From: a virus
Taxonomy: Duplodnaviria > Caudoviricetes
Virus record (IMG/VR): IMGVR_UViG_3300008954_000048
Coordinates: 1,662 to 65,661 of that record
Strand: one strand, 5' to 3'
DNA: 64,000 nucleotides
Shown here piece after piece: positions 57,462 through 64,000 of the stretch. The notes beneath the pieces are model-generated. The model did no database searches. It had not been told where the DNA came from and saw only the letters and a program-made list of their open reading frames with translations. Made by a program: the position numbers and the translations under genes. Position 1 is the stretch's first letter. Each line of letters begins with the position of its first letter.

Positions 57462-57987
57462 AACCTCCTACAAAGTTTAAGACTTCAAATAATTCTCTAT
57501 CTAAATTTTCATCATCAACATTCAAAAAGAATGTATCACAATTTGTCCAATCACTAAATGCCCTGTAGATCTCTTCAATGTCCTGGAGGATCGCTGGCTT
57601 TATCGATTCGAATTGATCCACAACACCATCATAACTTGTTCGGCAGGGAATTATAATTTTAGCATCAAGGGCCGCGGCTCGATCATCAATCGCTCTTAGC
57701 ACACCATAGTCTGTAGGCCTCTTGAATGCCTTAGAGTACACCCATTCAGAAGGGTACCACCTATCCATAATAACAGATGCTTTTGTTTGCTCCAGATATG
57801 ATAAGAAATATGGGTCGCCATACGTCATTGCATTAATGAAATAGGATGGATCATCCTCAAAGCAACTCCATTCAGACTCATTCTTAAAATATGGGACCCC
57901 TATTACTCGCTCCAACTCCTTGGCAATGTTTGTTTTTCCACAACCATCAGGGCCTTCGAAGATTAATATTTTCTGTTGTTTATCCAT
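57448..57987 (-). CDS. Deoxynucleoside monophosphate (thymidylate-type) kinase
   Basis: IFEGPDGCGKT, MDRW.PSE.VY. Confidence 0.88.
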   Translation of the reverse strand: MDKQQKILIFEGPDGCGKTNIAKELERVIGVPYFKNESEWSCFEDDPSYFINAMTYGDPYFLSYLEQTKASVIMDRWYPSEWVYSKAFKRPTDYGVLRAIDDRAAALDAKIIIPCRTSYDGVVDQFESIKPAILQDIEEIYRAFSDWTNCDTFFLNVDDENLDRELFEVLNFVGGYERG

Positions 57988-58040
57988 TTCATGTACCCAT
58001 TGCTATGTAACATAGTATACACTACATTAGCTGCATTGTA

Positions 58041-58328
58041 TCAATCACCTTGACCATGGGAGGTATACCAATCGTCATCCTCGCCTGAACAAAATTCTTG
58101 CTTATCTTGTTTTACTACCTGCTTTAAGAGAGAGGCATTCTCAGCTTCAAGCTGGTCAATTTTTTGCTCAAGCTCTGATATCTTTATCCTTGCCATAAAC
58201 AGTTCTTCTGTATATAGCTTTGAGATATCTCGTTGTAGCCCCTCTATGTCTTGGCGCAATGATGATATTGTATAGCTATCATCACCGGTCTCCCTGTCTT
58301 CTTTCCACTTCTTAAAAGAATCACTCAT
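58041..58328 (-). CDS. Coiled-coil hypothetical protein
   Basis: RBS GGAG; heptad pattern. Confidence 0.55.
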   Translation of the reverse strand: MSDSFKKWKEDRETGDDSYTISSLRQDIEGLQRDISKLYTEELFMARIKISELEQKIDQLEAENASLLKQVVKQDKQEFCSGEDDDWYTSHGQGD

Positions 58329-58337
58329 TGCGATCTC

Positions 58338-61300
58338 CTAGCTACTTAACACCTTCAGCTTATGCATCTTTGTTGAGCACCCAAATTCATTTTTACTTAC
58401 CTCTGCAACACAGACAGAGTATAGGGGAAGGGGGGTTTCTCCATCCCATCCCCAACAGAACATTCGAGTTGAACCAGCGAGTCCGGCGGCAGTGAGAAGT
58501 AAATATGGCCGGCGGTTTTTTGTTAGCTTCGGTTTTGCATCGACAACAACAAACCAATATAGATCTTGCTCTTCAGCTTCATCAATAGGACGAATATTTC
58601 TCTCTTCAAGTTTTTCCTGAAGCTCATCAGGAACTAGCATCGCGGCATTGAAGTTACCCAGGAGCTCAATGGTATTTTGTGCCATCTCACGACGGGTCCA
58701 CTCTGCCATATCCTGAGTATCGATTACAGCCTCATAAAAAGCGTTCTTTCCCTTAAATGGTTCTTTCTTCGTAGATTTCTTAATGTCATTATTGCGATCG
58801 ATTAATACTTCATGGACTTGCCTCCAGGAAGAAAATTGTTTTCCCTCCCCCACGACGTCCATGGATCCTAATGCACGGATCCTAATCAGGCTAGCAAGAG
58901 CCCGCTTATTGAATTTAGAATGTCTCCACCCACCCTCTTCATTCCATAGCATATCTTCAATATTCTCATATGGGCGGTTCGCAACGATTTCATCAATCGC
59001 GGACTCACCAATACCCTTACATGAGAGAAATGATGGCATGAACTTCTTACCCTCTAGAATAGTCCATGTTTTATCAGCATGATTAACGTCAAGTGGGACA
59101 ATCTTATAACCCAGCTTTTTGATTTCGCTGTAAGCTTTCTTTCGCTTATCTGGAGTATTAGACATTGCCTCGAGGTATGCACAGAGCCACTCTTCCTCAT
59201 AGTGATGCATCAACCAGGCACAGTAATAAGATACAATAGCATAACTGACAGCATGGGACTTATTGAACCCATACCCTGAGAAGAAGAGGATCTTTTCGTA
59301 TAGGTCATCTGCCAAGCTTTCACGCAGGCCATTGGATACGCAACCACTGACGAATCGCTCCTTAAGTTCTTGGGCTTGTTTCTTCATGGCCGCGGCCTTC
59401 GAAGCCGACCTCTTCATAATGGTACGGCGGATCATATCACAGTCTTCCTTGGGGAACCCTGCAACGACATGGCATAGTTCCATGACTTGCTCTTGGAAAA
59501 TAATTGTACCGTATGTGCTTTTGAGCACCTTCTTGATGAGTGGATGCTCATAGTCAACATCCTCGGGATTCGCCTTCGCACCCAAATAGATCTTATGCAC
59601 ATCCGCGGAGAGCGGCCCGGGACGATAGATACTGGTCAACGTTGCAATATCCACAATACTACGGGGGTTACCCTTTTCAAAGAATCGCTGGGCTCCCTTC
59701 TGAGTCGCTTGGAAGATACCTCCCCAGCGCCCAGAATGGTAGACCTGCTCATAGACATCCTGGTCATCAAAATTGATCACCTTTGGATCCATGTGGGTAT
59801 CAAACCAAGTACGTACATCATCAAACGTTGGCTTCTCTACACCCTCATGACGTTGCATGATCAACTCGATACTGCGCTCGATCATACGGAGTGTCTCCAA
59901 GCCAAGGAGATCGAATTTAATCCAGCCGAACTCTTCCAGGTGCTTATAATGCATCCCTTCGACCCATGGGGTTTGCACCTCTCCCTTGGCCATGATAACA
60001 GGCATGCGCTGTTCAATGTTTTCAGAAACAATAACCCCACCCGCATGTCGGCCGAGACTCTTATTCTGCTTGAACAGGATCTCAATTGGTTCAGCTACCT
60101 CTGGGTATTTCTCAATAAACTCCCGGAAGACCTTACTATGTTGGACCGCATCCTCGTATAGCAAGACAAATAGGTTCTTATCAGTCCCCTTCTTGAAGAC
60201 AGCCCGCTTCACATCGTTCTCTACAGGACCAAGTACCCTATTCACCTCGTCAAACGGAATTCCGTAGAATCTCGAGATATCCTTCACCAATGATTTGAGT
60301 TTGAACGTGTTATAGTTCGAAATGGGTACAATATTCTCTTTGCCAAACTCCCTCTTCATCAGATCAATCAGGAGGTCTCGGTCGGCCACGTCACTATCAA
60401 TATCTGGGTATTCCTCTCGATGCAACGATAAAAACCGTTCAAAGAGGAGCCCGTATTCAATGGGGTCCACATCTGTAATATATAACACGTAGTTAACAAG
60501 CGATCCAGCACCACTACCACGACCAGGACCTACCAGCATATGCTTACGTGCAATATCCCAGATGGCCTTCATGGTCAGGAAGTACTTAGAGAACTTCTTT
60601 TCCTTAATTACGCCAAGTTCTGTCTTAAGGCGGGTGATATACTCGGGATTAGTATGGAGACCACGTCTTACTAGCCCTTCTTTACACGCCTCGAGAAGTG
60701 CCTTGTCTTCCGTAAGCCCTTGTGGTACTACGTAGTTTGGTAGCTTCACCGACTTATCCGGGTGGATGTCACCAATCTCGTGATGCACAATATCATGGGT
60801 GCGCTCAATGGCATCGAACACTAGTTCATCATCATACCAATCGCATCCCTCTTTTACCTCATTATATGTGTCCCATACCTGCTCGGCGTTCTTTGGGTAC
60901 AACTCACACTTGAGGTCCTCTCGGCTTTGGGGAAGGTTCTCGGGGTTGAACTCCTTATAATTGAGCCAACCCAGCTTGCGGTAGATTTCACGCTCTTTCC
61001 AGTGATCGGGGTGCGAGTAGTGAGAATCGGTGGTGACCACTAGCTGGTCATCAAGATTCTCGTTACGAGCAAATTCCATAATAGCTCTATTAACCAAGTT
61101 TTGTGCTGGAAGCTTATTGAACTGCAGCTCTAACTTTACATTCCCTCGGCCAACTGAATCTACTAAGCTTCCATATGCATTACCTACACTCGTTTGTACC
61201 TTGGCCATAAGTGAAGGGTCATCCAATAGTTTTGCATTGAGGTCATTAAACTCAACCTGTTGAAGATGGCGAAAAACCTCATAACATAGTGGGCCGCCTA

Positions 61301-61937
61301 AGCATGCGCTAGATACCATTAGATGGCCACCCTCGGCCGCCTCTTTAAGCATCTTATAGTCTACACGAGGAAACCTATAGAAGCCCTCCTTGTACCCCCT
61401 AGACACTAAATGAAACAACCTTTGTAGGCCAATGGATGTCTTTGGAAGGACCACCAGATGATGCCTGCGCTTCACAGGATCATAAAACTTACCTGATTTG
61501 GTTTCCTCTTCATTCTCAACAGTAACGCCAGCATCAACCTTGGTAATATCAATAGTTTCATCATCTACGTCAGTAATTGCAAGAAGAGGTGTTACTAGGG
61601 CTTCACGTTGTGCGCGCAGTGTATGTAGTGCATCCTTGTCACCTTTTTTGGCAGCCTTCTGGATCTCATAGTCTAACTTCCAAGCATCAAGATCCGGGTG
61701 AACATACATTTCGCAACCTGGAATAAACTTAAAATCTGCCCCTGCCTTATTCAGCTTCTCATTATAAAGCCAAGCATGAGCAAACGAATTCATATGACCA
61801 TGGTTAGTAAGACACCACGAGTCCATGCCATTTTCACGAACAAAGTCAATATGCTCCTGAGGATATCCCAATCCGTCGAATGTTGAAAACCCATCATGGG
61901 CATGGAGTGATGTAAACTTGCTTGGCTTTTTTGACAT
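58338..61937 (-). CDS. dnaE: DNA polymerase III alpha subunit
   Basis: PHP LHAH..TNHG, GPGRGSGAGS, FERFL, PDIDSD, HAGG, KFDLLGL, FNKSHA. Confidence 0.97.
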   Translation of the reverse strand: MSKKPSKFTSLHAHDGFSTFDGLGYPQEHIDFVRENGMDSWCLTNHGHMNSFAHAWLYNEKLNKAGADFKFIPGCEMYVHPDLDAWKLDYEIQKAAKKGDKDALHTLRAQREALVTPLLAITDVDDETIDITKVDAGVTVENEEETKSGKFYDPVKRRHHLVVLPKTSIGLQRLFHLVSRGYKEGFYRFPRVDYKMLKEAAEGGHLMVSSACLGGPLCYEVFRHLQQVEFNDLNAKLLDDPSLMAKVQTSVGNAYGSLVDSVGRGNVKLELQFNKLPAQNLVNRAIMEFARNENLDDQLVVTTDSHYSHPDHWKEREIYRKLGWLNYKEFNPENLPQSREDLKCELYPKNAEQVWDTYNEVKEGCDWYDDELVFDAIERTHDIVHHEIGDIHPDKSVKLPNYVVPQGLTEDKALLEACKEGLVRRGLHTNPEYITRLKTELGVIKEKKFSKYFLTMKAIWDIARKHMLVGPGRGSGAGSLVNYVLYITDVDPIEYGLLFERFLSLHREEYPDIDSDVADRDLLIDLMKREFGKENIVPISNYNTFKLKSLVKDISRFYGIPFDEVNRVLGPVENDVKRAVFKKGTDKNLFVLLYEDAVQHSKVFREFIEKYPEVAEPIEILFKQNKSLGRHAGGVIVSENIEQRMPVIMAKGEVQTPWVEGMHYKHLEEFGWIKFDLLGLETLRMIERSIELIMQRHEGVEKPTFDDVRTWFDTHMDPKVINFDDQDVYEQVYHSGRWGGIFQATQKGAQRFFEKGNPRSIVDIATLTSIYRPGPLSADVHKIYLGAKANPEDVDYEHPLIKKVLKSTYGTIIFQEQVMELCHVVAGFPKEDCDMIRRTIMKRSASKAAAMKKQAQELKERFVSGCVSNGLRESLADDLYEKILFFSGYGFNKSHAVSYAIVSYYCAWLMHHYEEEWLCAYLEAMSNTPDKRKKAYSEIKKLGYKIVPLDVNHADKTWTILEGKKFMPSFLSCKGIGESAIDEIVANRPYENIEDMLWNEEGGWRHSKFNKRALASLIRIRALGSMDVVGEGKQFSSWRQVHEVLIDRNNDIKKSTKKEPFKGKNAFYEAVIDTQDMAEWTRREMAQNTIELLGNFNAAMLVPDELQEKLEERNIRPIDEAEEQDLYWFVVVDAKPKLTKNRRPYLLLTAAGLAGSTRMFCWGWDGETPLPLYSVCVAEVSKNEFGCSTKMHKLKVLSS

Positions 61938-61980
61938 GTATGTAATCCTATGTAGTCGCGTCTAGGGTAGTTCCATGTCT

Positions 61981-62010
61981 ATTATATCTTATTGGTGCCT
62001 ATTTTACACG
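61981..62010 (-). promoter_or_regulatory. Class I promoter GTGTAA-N17-TATAAT
   Basis: 17-bp spacer; upstream of dnaE. Confidence 0.75.
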
Positions 62011-62030
62011 TAGATTACAAACTAATTTGC

Positions 62031-62234
62031 TTATCCATATTTCGAAATCTCATACCGCCGATATACATACCTGCTATCTTCTGGATCGATGCCTACTTCA
62101 CGTAATGCTTGTTTTACTGTTTCTATTCTTTTATCGCCGGCGGGACATATACAATACACACGTATGACTCGGCCGCCTATGTAGGCTTGTGCATATCCGA
62201 AATCATAACAAATCGAACAATGAGACATCGGCAT
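62031..62234 (-). CDS. Small Cys-rich protein
   Basis: CSIC..G...CIC zinc-ribbon pattern. Confidence 0.5.
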   Translation of the reverse strand: MPMSHCSICYDFGYAQAYIGGRVIRVYCICPAGDKRIETVKQALREVGIDPEDSRYVYRRYEISKYG

Positions 62235-62246
62235 TGAACTTCTCTA

Positions 62247-62954
62247 TTAAAGCCCTGCATTTATTAGTTTAAAGTTTGTATCAACTACAAAACTCGAATG
62301 TTTCCTGGTCCAGCCCGGGTAATTTATTCCTTCATGATCTTGATCTGGTTTATAGTACGGAGGGGATACCCACAACGAAGCATGGACTAACTCATGAATA
62401 AATGAAGTGTTCCCTATCGTTCTATGCATCGGCTCTTTACTAGCATATACCCATATCCAGCCGGATGTTAGACAAAGCCCTATTATCCATGGCTTTTCTA
62501 GCTTTTTCCCATCTATCGTATATGCAGAATGTATCGTTTTCTTCTCCGGACTCCACTCTATCAACATACCGTTTAGTTCTTTCCAGACATCACCATTTGG
62601 ATCACCAAACTCTGCTTTCCATCCCGTATAGAACATCAACATTGCCTGAGAAACGTCGTGCGAATCGTATTTTTTACAATTATGTACTATATGCCAGGCA
62701 TTTTTGAACTTTGGAACTCGAATCATTTGAGGAAATGGCTGTTTCTTATCACAACCTGGATTATATGATGCATCATCATAATATGCTATTGGATGGAACT
62801 GTGAGAATAACTCAAGGCGCGCATGGGCCTTTACTAGTTCAAGATCATCATCAGCTGACGCATCTGTATTTAGGATAGTTGCTAATAAGCAGACACAAAA
62901 AAGAAATATTGCACGCTTCACGGACCCCCCTGATTTTGTTGACCTGGAATACAC
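62247..62954 (-). CDS. Secreted zincin-like protein
   Basis: Signal peptide; FIHELVH..DQDH. Confidence 0.6.
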   Translation of the reverse strand: MYSRSTKSGGSVKRAIFLFCVCLLATILNTDASADDDLELVKAHARLELFSQFHPIAYYDDASYNPGCDKKQPFPQMIRVPKFKNAWHIVHNCKKYDSHDVSQAMLMFYTGWKAEFGDPNGDVWKELNGMLIEWSPEKKTIHSAYTIDGKKLEKPWIIGLCLTSGWIWVYASKEPMHRTIGNTSFIHELVHASLWVSPPYYKPDQDHEGINYPGWTRKHSSFVVDTNFKLINAGL

Positions 62955-64000
62955 ACGTCTTCAAAAACTTCATTTAGTAACTGAACTCCGGCCGGTACCG
63001 ATCCCCCTAGTCCTATGTTAAATGCAGCAAAGTCCTTTATCCGACCCTCTACATCAAGCTGGCCACCAGGGAATCCCCACATATTTTTCCATGATGATGT
63101 TGTTACAACATAAAACTCATAGTTCCCCCCTGGCTGTTCTTCACAATCAGGGTTAGCTATACAGCAGCCAACGGTACAATTATTCATTCTTCCCAATACA
63201 TCTGGCAAAGTAATCTGGTTCCATGTCTGTGGGGGCTCGTCGGTTAACAATACTATATATGGATATGCATCAGCTCTCCAATCCAAAGGCATGTTCAAAT
63301 TTACATTTCCTTGTACCGGTTGTATGCACATTGAGGCATATGCTGCATCGAAAGTTGGTTCCCATCCCCCATTATTTTGGATCGAATTAACGTCTGCTAA
63401 AAATGGGCCAATAGGCTTGAACACTTGCCCATTGTTTGCATTTATTAATCCATACGTTGGACTGTTGCCACCATTGGCTCCGGCTGGAGGAACTACGGCT
63501 ACAGCAAATCTATGGCACTCTTCATCCGGGGCATTTGGCATATTTGTGGGTGGACATAACGTCTGTTGAAATGTTCCAACATATTGACTTATGGATTGAA
63601 ACAATATCCCAATCGGCGATTGTAGGCTGCCTGTATTACCCATTGAGCCTGAAACGTCTACTATGAATAGCATATCAACTTTTTCATGAGGGTTTAGATC
63701 TTCATCAATCTCGGTATCACAATCGTTATCAAGGCCGTCACAGACTTCGTCGGTTGGCAGTACTTGGTCATTACATGGACCAGAAAATGCCTGCCCATCA
63801 CACTCTCTCCACCCGCCTATGCAGACACCCACACCTTCTGTACCCGGTGGGCCTTCGTAGCATGGGTCATTTATTCCCACACAAATCTCTAAATTTGGAT
63901 CCTGACTTACATCCTCAGAATCGATTCCGCATACACAATCATCATCCCACCCATTACAGACCTCAGCGGTTACACCAATAATATAACAAGGGCCCCATTC
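62918..64000 (-). CDS. Cys-rich repeat + VWA protein (5' end outside window)
   Basis: Frame open to 64000; EVCNGWDDDC and EVCDGLDNDCD repeats; DVSGS MIDAS, LLTDE. Confidence 0.8.
   Translation of the reverse strand, partial: EWGPCYIIGVTAEVCNGWDDDCVCGIDSEDVSQDPNLEICVGINDPCYEGPPGTEGVGVCIGGWRECDGQAFSGPCNDQVLPTDEVCDGLDNDCDTEIDEDLNPHEKVDMLFIVDVSGSMGNTGSLQSPIGILFQSISQYVGTFQQTLCPPTNMPNAPDEECHRFAVAVVPPAGANGGNSPTYGLINANNGQVFKPIGPFLADVNSIQNNGGWEPTFDAAYASMCIQPVQGNVNLNMPLDWRADAYPYIVLLTDEPPQTWNQITLPDVLGRMNNCTVGCCIANPDCEEQPGGNYEFYVVTTSSWKNMWGFPGGQLDVEGRIKDFAAFNIGLGGSVPAGVQLLNEVFEDVCIPGQQNQGGP

Noticed and set aside
59487-60161. Plus-strand 224-aa ORF
   Set aside because: Antisense to the conserved DnaE core; explained by codon bias.

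Overview
A gene-dense segment of a large lytic (jumbo-type) phage genome, almost entirely minus strand and in the standard genetic code. A CglF-like gliding protein, VWA/TlpA lipoproteins with poly-Asp linkers and EVCDGLDNDCD repeats suggest a Myxococcota-like host (inference). It carries 8 tRNAs, TilS, IMPDH/GMP reductase, DNA ligase, an M15 peptidase, IscA/NfuA/peptide deformylase, a sigma-70 factor, GroEL, a 5'-3' exonuclease and DnaE. Three things stand out. (1) A short amphipathic tag (ES-x-LR-x-x-IRE, usually followed by L/I-x-E sites) recurs on about 20 otherwise unrelated proteins, including nucleases, a nucleotidyltransferase, a KxDG ligase-like enzyme and a degenerate SOD; this looks like a modular capsid cargo-loading system. 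(2) A DNA hypermodification operon (Asp177-type thymidylate-synthase homolog, dNMP kinase, glycosyltransferase, NDP-sugar epimerase) predicts a sugar-modified pyrimidine, possibly non-glucose. (3) An unannotated 155-nt G-U-rich structured RNA with its own terminator lies behind the ligase gene and may be 6S-like. Two promoter classes can be read directly from the sequence. All protein calls are motif-based by eye; no searches were run.
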